25,217 nt of DNA from a virus. Below, one piece after another: positions 8,007 to 16,902 of this stretch. The translations under genes were made by a program, and so were the position numbers. The stretch's first letter is position 1. Every line of letters starts with the position of its first letter. The DNA is taken from the IMG/VR virus record IMGVR_UViG_3300027904_000001; one strand, given 5' to 3'. Under the pieces are notes generated by a model that was not told where the DNA came from, searched no databases, and saw only the letters and a program-made list of their open reading frames with translations.

Positions 8007-11000
8007 ATGGATGGGTTGGGTAACTTAATAACAAAAGGTGCAGCAGCAGTAGCAGGGGCTTTAGTTGCCATTGGTACTGCAAGTTTAAAAACAGGCATGG
8101 ATTTTGAACGAGAAATGAAAAATCTTCAGGCTATAATGGGAATCACTGGCGAAGCGGCAGAAATTGAAATGGCACAAATATCTGAAGGGATTCGTAAAGT
8201 TGCTGTAGATTCAGGAAGTAGTGTTATTGAAATAGCTGCTAATGCAAAAATGTTAGCGGAAGCAGGCGGCGATGTTAATTTAATGATGGCTCAATTAACT
8301 CATGGCGTTAATTTAGCGAATGCAACTCAAACAGATATGGCTACAACATTAGATTTTCTTGGTTCAACAATGAAGACATTTGGCATAGAAGCAGATGATA
8401 CACAATCTGTAGTTGACAGTTTTGCTCTTGTAACATCACTCGCCAATGTCGAATTATCACAATTAGGCGAATCTTATGTAAACGCGGGTGGATCTGCCGC
8501 TCAAGCTGGACTGAGTATAGATGATGTTAATGCAGTTTTAATTACGTTTGCGAATGCTGGTTTAAAAGGTGGTGCAGCTGGAACTGCTTTAAACTCTGTA
8601 TTAAAAAATCTTAGAACCCCAACTAATACAGCTGCAAAAGAATTAGATAGATTGGGTATTGCACTATATGAAGCTAATGGCGAGAGCCGAGACATGTTTG
8701 ATATTATGAGTGATTTAGAAGGTGCATTGTCAAACATGACAGATGAACAAAGAAGTCGTTCAGAGGCCATTATATTTGATTCAGTGGCTCAAAAAGGCTG
8801 GAATATGCTTATGGACGAAGGTATTGACGCAATAGTAGAGCTCAGCAGTGAATTAGCTGACTCTGTTAATGCTTTTGATGGCATGGGGCAAGCGGCCGGA
8901 ATGGCGGCTATCCAATCACAAAGTTTAAGCGGGATGCTTAATAGTTTAAAGGCTCAGTTTACTGAAATGGGATTATTAATCTATGATCAAATGGAAAAGC
9001 CATTAAAAACAGCTTTATCTGGAGTACTTGCATCCATGAATGAATTAAGAGAGAGCATGGTGTCTGGCGGATTAAGTGATGCTATTGCGAAAATTGGTGA
9101 AGGATTTGCATTATTAGTTGAAGTGCTTGTAAAATTGGCAGTCATGGCATTACCTACGATTCTTGGTTTATTAGGCGGATTCGCAGATATTCTTGGACGA
9201 GTTGCGCTTGCAATCGTAGGCGTAATAGAAGCAATTGGTGATAAATTTATGTCACCTGAAATGGCTGATAATATCCAGAAGATTAATGAAGCTTTTGATC
9301 GGTTAAAAGCAGCATTGCCTGAAGGCGATTTAATTCAATTAATAGCGGATGCATTCACGATATTATTGTCTGCTTTAATAGATATAATCGTTACTGTTAT
9401 TCCACCAATATTAGATTTTTTCACATGGATAGTAGATAATTTTAATACTATTGCTGGACTTGTAATCGCTGTAGCAACAGGTTTTGCGGCTTTTCAGATC
9501 GTGACAACTATAATCCCGCTAATAGCTGGATTAAGCGGGGCATTTGCAGGATTTCAGTTAATTCTAGCGGGCTGGTCATCAACGATTGCAATGGCGGGTG
9601 GCATATTGCCTGCTTTGGGTGGAGCAATAGCGGCCTTGGTTTCACCAATAGCACTTGTTATAGGAGCAATTGCAGCATTAGTTGCTGGGTTTATTTATTT
9701 TTATAATACAAATGAAGATTTTAGAAATAAAGTAAACGAGATTTGGGATAATATAAAAGAATTTATTGTAAATGCTGTTATTGTTATCAAAGATACTATA
9801 ATTAATATAGCTGATTCTATTAAAGATGCTTGGGTAAATATGATGTCATTTTTAGCAGATATTGGTGTTATTGATCTGATAATTGATACTTGGAATAATC
9901 TGAAAGAAAGTATAGCATCAATTATTAATTCGATAAAAGATATATTTACTGGGTTAATTTCACACATGTCTGATTCGGGGGCTTTTGAAGGATTATTAAA
10001 CGCATTTACGAGTATTTGGAATGCAATAAAAGATTTTTTTGCAACAGTCATTCCAGCGATATCAGAATTGTTTACAGAGCATTTTTCAGCGATTGCAGAA
10101 TTTATAACTTTAGTGTTTACTGGTATTAAAAATTTCTTAGGCAGTATATTCTCGGTCATATTAACGATTATAGGGGTTTCATTATTTGGAATATTTGCAT
10201 TCGTAACAGACATTTTTTCAGGCATTGCGGCTTTTCTTGAAACACATGGAGAAACTATTAAGACTATATTGATTGTTGCATGGGAATTAGCATGGGCTAC
10301 AATTCAACCTATTTTAAATTTTATCAGCGAAGGTATAAAATTAGTCGGTGATATGGTAAAAAATACTGTTGATATGATATCAGGCATACTTTCAGGCGAC
10401 TGGGCTAAGGCTTGGGAAGGTGCAAAGGGAATATTAGAAGCTACATTTAATGCAATTGATTTAATATTTCAAACGTTCAAACAAATTGCAATAAATACAT
10501 TTAATGTTTTCAAAGATGATTTAATTCAATTATGGGAGACTTTAAAACAAACCGTAACCAATAAAGCTACAGAATTAGTAACCGGAGTTGTAGAAAAGTT
10601 TAATTCTATAAAATCAGATGCGATACAAGCGTGGGAAAATTTAAAAACATCTGTAATAAATATAGTGAATGAATTAGTTTCTTCAATTACTGAGTTTTTT
10701 AACGATTTGCCTTATTTGATAGGATATGCTATTGGGGTTGCAGCAGGGTTAGTAGTGGCAGGAATTGTAATAATGGCCGAAGCATTTATCGATTTTATAA
10801 CTAATGATGTACCGCAATTTATTGATGGAATTGTAGAATGGTTTTCACAATTACCAGATAGAATAAATGAATGGTTAATTAATACTATTAATAATATAAC
10901 TGAATTTTTCGTCAATATTGTAACAATGGCAGAATCTGAAACTCAAAGAATTATAGAAAGTATAATTACTTGGTTTTCTCAATTGCCTGATAGAATATCA

Positions 11001-12446
11001 GAATGGCTGACAAATGCTGCAAATATAATAAATGAGTTTTTTTCTAATCTTAGTACTGTTGCGGCCTCAGAATCACAAAGAATTATTGATAGTATAATAG
11101 AATGGTTTTCACAGCTTCCAACTAGAATATCGGAATGTTTACAAAATACAGTACAGCGATTTATTGAATTTTTTGCTAATATGGGAGCGACAGCTTCGTC
11201 AGAATCTCAAAATATTATTACAAATATAATAAATGCTTTTACTAATTTACCTAGTTTGTTAGCCGATATGGGAAGAAATGCAATACAAGGATTGGTTAAT
11301 GGGATTCAAGAACGAGCGGGAGCCGCTATTGCTGCTGTAAGAGATATTGCGTCCGGAATAGCAGATGGCTTTAGAAGCGTTATGAATATGCGGTCTCCAT
11401 CAAGAGTAATGCAAGAAATCGGAGAGTTTGTAGGTGAAGGTCTTGAAATTGGTATTGAAAATAGCGCAAAAAATATAATCGATTCCACTGAAGATATTGG
11501 TAATAATATAATAAAAAATTTGCAAGACACATCGGAAGAAACAGAAATTATAGGAAAATCATTTTTAAGTAATTTCGGGGATGGATTAACAAATACATCT
11601 GATTCTATAAAATCTATAGTTAATGATATCAGCTCTGCATTAGGTAAAGAATTTATGGAAAATCTTATTGATAATATGTCTGATGCATTTGAAAATGTCA
11701 AAAATATAATAAATCAACAATGGGATAATGTTAAGAGTATATCTAAAAGTGCTATTGATGAATTAAATACAAATTTAAAAGACACATTGAAAAGCATACA
11801 AGACAATTGGCGTTCAATATGGGAATCAATTAATAAATCATTTACGGAAACTTCAAACAGTATTAAAAATATAGCTAATAATATTGTTAATACTGTTAAG
11901 GACGCATTTAATAATAAATTGCAATATTTACAAAGTATAGACCTATATTCAATTGGGGCAAATATGATGCAAGGGCTTATGAATGGTATCATGAGCATGG
12001 CAAACAATATAATGAATTCAGTCCAAAACATAGCAAATAATATTATAAATACAATGCAAAGCATTTTACAAATAAGATCTCCTTCAAGAGTTGCTATGAC
12101 AATAGGTAAAGATTTTTCGTTAGGAATAGCAATAGGATTAGAAAAAGAAGCAGGACAAATAGAAGATAGTATTAATAATATAACAGATAGAATGTCTGAC
12201 ATTGATTTTACAGATATGTTTGCTAAAGGTAAAATTAATATGCCAAACATGACATTGCCACCCGATAAATTTGCACAAATTATGGCAAGCGGAACACAAG
12301 CATCAACTAGTACATCTATAGATAGAGGAATAACAATTAATTTTAATAATTATGCTCCAATTAATTCAGAATTAGATATAGAAATGATAATGCAACGGAT
12401 AGGAAATAGAGTCCGTGATGAAGAACGATCAAGGGGGTTAAACTAA
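8007..12446 (+). CDS. tail tape measure protein
   Basis: 1479 aa. The N-terminus (GNLITKGAAAVAGALVAIGTASLKTGMDFEREMKNLQAIMG ...) matches the TP901-family tape-measure core. It has long Ala/Gly/Ile-rich hydrophobic segments, three ~44-aa tandem repeats, and two copies of an RSPSRV-x3-IG motif. The true start may lie upstream near the strong Shine-Dalgarno at 7935-7940 (see finding). Confidence 0.9.
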   Translation: MDGLGNLITKGAAAVAGALVAIGTASLKTGMDFEREMKNLQAIMGITGEAAEIEMAQISEGIRKVAVDSGSSVIEIAANAKMLAEAGGDVNLMMAQLTHGVNLANATQTDMATTLDFLGSTMKTFGIEADDTQSVVDSFALVTSLANVELSQLGESYVNAGGSAAQAGLSIDDVNAVLITFANAGLKGGAAGTALNSVLKNLRTPTNTAAKELDRLGIALYEANGESRDMFDIMSDLEGALSNMTDEQRSRSEAIIFDSVAQKGWNMLMDEGIDAIVELSSELADSVNAFDGMGQAAGMAAIQSQSLSGMLNSLKAQFTEMGLLIYDQMEKPLKTALSGVLASMNELRESMVSGGLSDAIAKIGEGFALLVEVLVKLAVMALPTILGLLGGFADILGRVALAIVGVIEAIGDKFMSPEMADNIQKINEAFDRLKAALPEGDLIQLIADAFTILLSALIDIIVTVIPPILDFFTWIVDNFNTIAGLVIAVATGFAAFQIVTTIIPLIAGLSGAFAGFQLILAGWSSTIAMAGGILPALGGAIAALVSPIALVIGAIAALVAGFIYFYNTNEDFRNKVNEIWDNIKEFIVNAVIVIKDTIINIADSIKDAWVNMMSFLADIGVIDLIIDTWNNLKESIASIINSIKDIFTGLISHMSDSGAFEGLLNAFTSIWNAIKDFFATVIPAISELFTEHFSAIAEFITLVFTGIKNFLGSIFSVILTIIGVSLFGIFAFVTDIFSGIAAFLETHGETIKTILIVAWELAWATIQPILNFISEGIKLVGDMVKNTVDMISGILSGDWAKAWEGAKGILEATFNAIDLIFQTFKQIAINTFNVFKDDLIQLWETLKQTVTNKATELVTGVVEKFNSIKSDAIQAWENLKTSVINIVNELVSSITEFFNDLPYLIGYAIGVAAGLVVAGIVIMAEAFIDFITNDVPQFIDGIVEWFSQLPDRINEWLINTINNITEFFVNIVTMAESETQRIIESIITWFSQLPDRISEWLTNAANIINEFFSNLSTVAASESQRIIDSIIEWFSQLPTRISECLQNTVQRFIEFFANMGATASSESQNIITNIINAFTNLPSLLADMGRNAIQGLVNGIQERAGAAIAAVRDIASGIADGFRSVMNMRSPSRVMQEIGEFVGEGLEIGIENSAKNIIDSTEDIGNNIIKNLQDTSEETEIIGKSFLSNFGDGLTNTSDSIKSIVNDISSALGKEFMENLIDNMSDAFENVKNIINQQWDNVKSISKSAIDELNTNLKDTLKSIQDNWRSIWESINKSFTETSNSIKNIANNIVNTVKDAFNNKLQYLQSIDLYSIGANMMQGLMNGIMSMANNIMNSVQNIANNIINTMQSILQIRSPSRVAMTIGKDFSLGIAIGLEKEAGQIEDSINNITDRMSDIDFTDMFAKGKINMPNMTLPPDKFAQIMASGTQASTSTSIDRGITINFNNYAPINSELDIEMIMQRIGNRVRDEERSRGLN
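10836..11231 (+). repeat. three degenerate 132-bp (44-aa) tandem repeats inside the tape measure gene
   Basis: The units begin gaatggttttcacaattaccagatagaata (10836), acttggttttctcaattgcctgatagaata (10968) and gaatggttttcacagcttccaactagaata (11100). They encode EWFSQLPDRI(N/S)EWL ... ESQRII(E/D)SII. Confidence 0.8.
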
Positions 12447-12995
12447 TTGACACCTAATAGTTTTAATATTAATACACCAAATTTAAATAGTTTTGATACA
12501 TGGGGTATAAAAGTTATTATATACGATGTATTTAGTCCTAATAAGCGTAGTAGGCGGAAACAAATTCCGTTTAGACATGGTTCATATGACATGGGGTATG
12601 AAAAATATTATGATGACAGGAATTTAAGAATAGAATGTCATTTAACAAAAAAATTATCAAAGGCTGACTTTAGAGAAATAATATATGTTTTGTCTCAAAA
12701 AAGCAGCCTTTATTTTTGGGATGAGCCAGATAAATTTTATAGATGTGAATTATTTGATTCAGTGGATATTAATGTTTTCCCTCAAGAAATTGGACGTGTT
12801 TTTATATTGCCTTTTGTTTGTGAACCTTTTGCATATGGAAGAATGGAGACAATAAAATTTAATGCTGGCAAAAATCCTATTGAATATATAGGAACCGTGC
12901 AAACACCTACTATATTGATAATCAAAAATAATAATGATTTCCCAATTAGTAATATATTAATTACCGCTATAGAACAAATACGGGCTATAGGTTAG
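12447..12995 (+). CDS. distal tail protein (Dit), Sipho_tail family-like, short form
   Basis: TTG start directly after the tape measure stop, with AAGGGGG RBS. The pattern FRHGSYDMGYEKYYDDRNLRIECHL ... LYFWDEPDKFYRCELFD ... FILPFVCEPFAYG matches the Sipho_tail Dit signature (ipgrdG ... c.l ... fsdepdk.Y.a ... f.c.Pf.y). It is only 182 aa, so the usual C-terminal domain is missing. Confidence 0.65.
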   Translation: MTPNSFNINTPNLNSFDTWGIKVIIYDVFSPNKRSRRKQIPFRHGSYDMGYEKYYDDRNLRIECHLTKKLSKADFREIIYVLSQKSSLYFWDEPDKFYRCELFDSVDINVFPQEIGRVFILPFVCEPFAYGRMETIKFNAGKNPIEYIGTVQTPTILIIKNNNDFPISNILITAIEQIRAIG

Positions 12996-13005
12996 GAGGT
13001 AAGGA

Positions 13006-13794
13006 ATGCAAGCAACACACCATTTTGAAGAAATAATTCTTAATACATTTAATAATGTAACAGCTATGGGATTAAGCCAAGGATTTGTAGCATTATTTGC
13101 TAGTAATCCTACTGATACAGGGATAGCAGGAATTGAAATAAATTATCCAGGGTATGCAAGAATTCCGGTAACTTGGACACCACCATATGAAGCGCAAAAT
13201 AATAGTATAGAGATTGTTAATGTCAATGATTTATTATGGGAAGCATCACAATTTGATGTCGGTGAAGCGCGATTTATTGGTATATCTAATTCACAACCTG
13301 TTGGCTCTGGAAATTTATTCTTATGGGCTCCTTTATCAATTCCATTAGTAATTAGAGCAGGCAACCAACCAAGTATACATGCCGGAGATATAATGTTTAA
13401 TCTTGTTGGTGATACAAGTCGTGATTTTAGAGTTAGGATTATGAATATTCTACGAGGTCAAAATCTGAATGGGTTTATCCCTCATTTATGTTTGTTTGAC
13501 GGAGATCCTGAAGCAGGTGGCAATGAACTATCAGGCCAAAATTATAGTAGACCATTAATAAACTTTTCACAACCAGCAGTTCAAGTTAGCGGGCAAACAC
13601 AAATTCAGAATACTAATTTAATCAGATTTCCTGCACCACAAGCTGTTTGGGGCAATTGGGCATGGGATGGAATTAGGGATGCCGCAATTGGAGGTAATTT
13701 AGTAACAAAAGCTATCAATGCTATTCCCGAATTGATACAACGGAATTATATTCCACAAGTGCCCCCTGGTGATTATAGAATTGGTGTTAACTAA
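13006..13794 (+). CDS. hypothetical tail/baseplate structural protein
   Basis: AGGAGG RBS. 262 aa, sitting between Dit and Tal. No confident family assignment. Confidence 0.6.
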   Translation: MQATHHFEEIILNTFNNVTAMGLSQGFVALFASNPTDTGIAGIEINYPGYARIPVTWTPPYEAQNNSIEIVNVNDLLWEASQFDVGEARFIGISNSQPVGSGNLFLWAPLSIPLVIRAGNQPSIHAGDIMFNLVGDTSRDFRVRIMNILRGQNLNGFIPHLCLFDGDPEAGGNELSGQNYSRPLINFSQPAVQVSGQTQIQNTNLIRFPAPQAVWGNWAWDGIRDAAIGGNLVTKAINAIPELIQRNYIPQVPPGDYRIGVN

Positions 13795-14504
13795 TGGATG
13801 GTAATTTAACATTAAATCGATTTAATTTAACTCGATATAGTATGCCTGAAACGCCAATTATTGAAAGGAACTTCAGCCGGACAATAAATATGAATTTTAT
13901 GGCTGTAGCTGGCGGGCGATTATATTTAGATTTTAGTCGCAATATGAATACAAACTTTACTGGCAGAACAGATATGCATGCAGTAATAATATTTAAGCGA
14001 AATTTAAATATTAGTTTCAATTCACAAGTTGAAATGAATATGTATATGAACGCTTTGCGCAATATTAATAATAAATTTTTTGGCAATGCATATGCAGGCA
14101 AAAAAATAAATTTTAGTAGAAATATAGAGTCTGAGTTAAAGTCTAATATACATGTTGGCAAAATTATTCCATTAATGCGCAACTCTCAAACTAGATTTGA
14201 AGCATGTGCGCATGCTGGGAAATATATCAATTTTGATAAAAATATACAAAGTATCTTTACTAGTTTTGTCGCAATGGGATTATCTCGTCATGCAGTTGCT
14301 ATTATTAATGTTGATTTAAATCCAGGTGAAGAAATACGGATAGATTCTGATATATTCACTGCTATGAAAGGCGATAAGAATATATTACATTTATATAATG
14401 GTGATTGGGTATATATCAATAGAAATACTGTTATATTACAAACAGAAGCTGGCTCAGGTGGAGATTTAGATATAGAATTAGTATATGTAACTAGATATTT
14501 ATGA
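13794..14504 (+). CDS. hypothetical structural protein with about five tandem ~22-aa repeats (FSRNxNxNF ... consensus)
   Basis: TAATG overlap with the upstream stop. Repeats read RNFSRTINMNFMAVAGG / FSRNMNTNFTGRTDMHA / FKRNLNISFNSQVEMN / KKINFSRNIESELKSN / KYINFDKNIQSIFTSF, followed by a non-repetitive C-terminal ~70 aa. Confidence 0.6.
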   Translation: MDGNLTLNRFNLTRYSMPETPIIERNFSRTINMNFMAVAGGRLYLDFSRNMNTNFTGRTDMHAVIIFKRNLNISFNSQVEMNMYMNALRNINNKFFGNAYAGKKINFSRNIESELKSNIHVGKIIPLMRNSQTRFEACAHAGKYINFDKNIQSIFTSFVAMGLSRHAVAIINVDLNPGEEIRIDSDIFTAMKGDKNILHLYNGDWVYINRNTVILQTEAGSGGDLDIELVYVTRYL

Positions 14505-14505
14505 G

Positions 14506-16671
14506 GTGATGCGATTGCAGGAGCCAAGATTAAGAGTTTACAATTTGCAACGGCAATTGACTGGGATTTTGCAAAATGCTTATAATATGAAAGAAGATTT
14601 AGTTATAAATGCAATAAGTCATTTTGAATTCTCATTGCCTTTAGATGATCACAAAAATAATTTGTGTAAACCATTCCATTATATTAGATATGATAACGGT
14701 CAATTATATCGAATAATGCCATCTGAACAAGAAATAGATGAGACAGGCGGCATACAATACAAATGTGAACATGTATTAGCTTTGCTTATTGGTAGAGCTT
14801 TAGCGGGAGAACATGTCGTTGGTAATATTGGGATGCCTACTGATGTAGTTATAAATTGGGTACTTGATAAGCAAAATAAAACATATGATTTATTTAGTAA
14901 ATCATGGAATATTGATCCAAGGAAATCAGTTGATTGGGTTCTGGGCGAATGTGATTTTTCAAGGCAATTTGAATATGGCTGGCAAAAAGAAAATTGTTTA
15001 AGAGCATTATTTAGTATAGCAAATCGATTTGTTGAAAATTACATTTGGACATTTGATACAAATGTATATCCTTATATAATAAATCTAAAAAAAATAGACC
15101 AAACTATAAACCCTGAAATGTATATTCGTGGTGGCAAAAATCAAATTAAATTAGTAAAGTCTCAAGACCCTACATCTATTGTTACAAGAATAATCCCTTA
15201 TGGTGTCGGAGAAGGTGATAATCAACTTACTGTTAATGAAGTTAATAATAATATTTCATATATTGAAAGTCCATCTCATATTATTGATGAATACGGGTTG
15301 ATTGAAACACAATGGATTGATAGGCGTTATGAAGACCCTCAATCATTATTGGAATCTGCCCAAGTAATGTTAGAAGCAATGCAAGAACCTTATGAAGAAT
15401 ATAAAGTAGATTTTACCATACTTGGCAAAAGTAATTTCGATATCCCTGAACTTGGCAAAATAGTAGAATTGATCGATTTAAATAAAAGAACATTTATTAC
15501 AGGCATAAAATATGATTACGAAGAAATATTAAATTCGCAATTAACGATTGCTAACAAATCACGTAATATAGCGGGCACTGTAGCTGAGTTAATGGATAGG
15601 CAACGTATAGAGATGGCATATGCACAGGGTAGTACTACAATATTTCAAGTAGATGCACGGGATAATGCGCAAGATAATTTCCCTTGTATTCTTAGAATAA
15701 TGTTTTTTAGCGATTTAATTATAATTAATAAAGTTGTTTTGGATATAGAAATAACTGCAGCCATAATACCGTTTACTTCAACCGGTGGTGGCGGTGGTCA
15801 AACTGTAACCCAATCAAATACAACATCCAGCGGAGCAAGTAGTACTACAACTACAAATAGTGGCGGTTCTTCCAGCCCTACTACAGCAAGTGGCGGTTCT
15901 TCCAGCCCTACTACAGCAAGTGGCGGGGGAACATCAACCAGTACAGAAAGTGGAGGCGGGCAGACCAGCGGGTCAAGTTCAATATCCACGACAGGGAGCA
16001 ACCCTACTCAAACTAGTAGTACAACTACCCAACAATCATTAACTAGCCATGATGCTGGACAAGTGCAACGCGGTAATGCAACAACTCGCAACTTGAATCC
16101 TGATAGTACTGGCGGTGCCAGTACCGGAGTTGCACATACGCATAGCTTGATGCAACATACTCATACAGTGGAAGTCACTACGTATCATACGCATAATGTA
16201 ACAATCCCTGGTCATAGTCACACAGTACCGAGTCATGAGCATGGGATGGCACATACTCATAATGTAGCCGCCCATAGCCATAGTTTTAGTGTACCAAGCC
16301 ATACGCATAGTGTAACAATAGCGGCTCATACACATACTGTAACTATACCTAGCCATACTCATGAAATGGCACATACTCATTCAATCGCACATACACATTC
16401 AATACCTGACCATACGCATTTATTAAGTCCGATTATATCGTATTCAGGTAATCCAACCTTTTTTAGATTGTTTGTAAATGGGATACACCGACAAACAGTT
16501 GATGGTCGAACATTACAAAGAGATATTGTCCCATTTTTAGTAGATGATAAAGGTTATTTGACTCGTGATATGTATCATAGAATAGAAGTGTATCCAAATA
16601 CAGCTGGCAATGTACGAATGTCTGTAAGCGTAAAAGCATTTAATCAAAGTCGCGGACCACATTCAGTTTAA
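14506..16671 (+). CDS. tail-associated lysin / tail tip protein (Tal) with a C-terminal Ser/Thr/Gly linker and His-x-His repeat region
   Basis: GTG at 14506 or ATG at 14509, directly after the upstream stop. The first ~400 aa sit in the Tal position after Dit and are the expected size of a prophage-tail/Tal N-domain. Residues ~425-510 are an S/T/G/P low-complexity linker. Residues ~545-640 contain about 13 H-x-H motifs (AHTHSL, HTHTV, HSHTV, HEHGM, HTHNV, HSHSF, HTHSV, HTHTV, HTHEM, HTHSI, HTHSI, HTHLL). Confidence 0.8.
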   Translation: MMRLQEPRLRVYNLQRQLTGILQNAYNMKEDLVINAISHFEFSLPLDDHKNNLCKPFHYIRYDNGQLYRIMPSEQEIDETGGIQYKCEHVLALLIGRALAGEHVVGNIGMPTDVVINWVLDKQNKTYDLFSKSWNIDPRKSVDWVLGECDFSRQFEYGWQKENCLRALFSIANRFVENYIWTFDTNVYPYIINLKKIDQTINPEMYIRGGKNQIKLVKSQDPTSIVTRIIPYGVGEGDNQLTVNEVNNNISYIESPSHIIDEYGLIETQWIDRRYEDPQSLLESAQVMLEAMQEPYEEYKVDFTILGKSNFDIPELGKIVELIDLNKRTFITGIKYDYEEILNSQLTIANKSRNIAGTVAELMDRQRIEMAYAQGSTTIFQVDARDNAQDNFPCILRIMFFSDLIIINKVVLDIEITAAIIPFTSTGGGGGQTVTQSNTTSSGASSTTTTNSGGSSSPTTASGGSSSPTTASGGGTSTSTESGGGQTSGSSSISTTGSNPTQTSSTTTQQSLTSHDAGQVQRGNATTRNLNPDSTGGASTGVAHTHSLMQHTHTVEVTTYHTHNVTIPGHSHTVPSHEHGMAHTHNVAAHSHSFSVPSHTHSVTIAAHTHTVTIPSHTHEMAHTHSIAHTHSIPDHTHLLSPIISYSGNPTFFRLFVNGIHRQTVDGRTLQRDIVPFLVDDKGYLTRDMYHRIEVYPNTAGNVRMSVSVKAFNQSRGPHSV
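15861..15926 (+). repeat. perfect 30-bp tandem duplication (2.2 copies) in the Tal linker
   Basis: tggcggttcttccagccctactacagcaag occurs at 15861-15890 and 15891-15920, followed by tggcgg. It encodes GGSSSPTTAS twice. Confidence 0.9.
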
Positions 16672-16683
16672 AGGAGTGCCAGA

Positions 16684-16902
16684 ATGGAGGTTTTTAAAAT
16701 AGATAATTTTAATTTTCGAGATGGATTCAATGTATATTTGGACGGACAATTATTGTCAGATGTTTATGCATTGCAAATTTCTGTGAATAGAGAACAAGAC
16801 AGTGAATTTGATAAAAACAAAATAACTGTTGCATATAGAATTAATGGGCATGAAGCCTTAATTTCAGCTAAGTTAGGAGCGATAAGTTTTGGCAGAACTT
16901 AA
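16684..16902 (+). CDS. small hypothetical protein (72 aa)
   Basis: AAGGAG RBS 8 nt before the ATG. It sits between Tal and the fibre genes. Confidence 0.5.
   Translation: MEVFKIDNFNFRDGFNVYLDGQLLSDVYALQISVNREQDSEFDKNKITVAYRINGHEALISAKLGAISFGRT

Noticed and set aside
7904-12250. Several minus-strand ORFs (7904..8098, 8501..8770, 9701..10225, 10712..10915, 11306..11701, 11714..12250) inside the tape measure gene
   Set aside because: All antisense to the 1479-aa tape measure gene. The translations are Ile/Leu/Ser-rich, as expected from reverse reading of GC-poor codons.
13143-14527. Minus-strand ORFs 13143..13364, 13787..14182 and 14288..14527
   Set aside because: Antisense to coupled + strand structural genes, with no start context.
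15798-16380. ORFs 15798..16001(-), 15860..16042(+) and 16039..16380(-), including a Met/Cys/His-rich 113-aa antisense translation
   Set aside because: These are alternative-frame or antisense readings of the repetitive S/T/G linker and of the His-codon (CAT/CAC, read as ATG/GTG on the other strand) repeat region of Tal. They are not independent genes.
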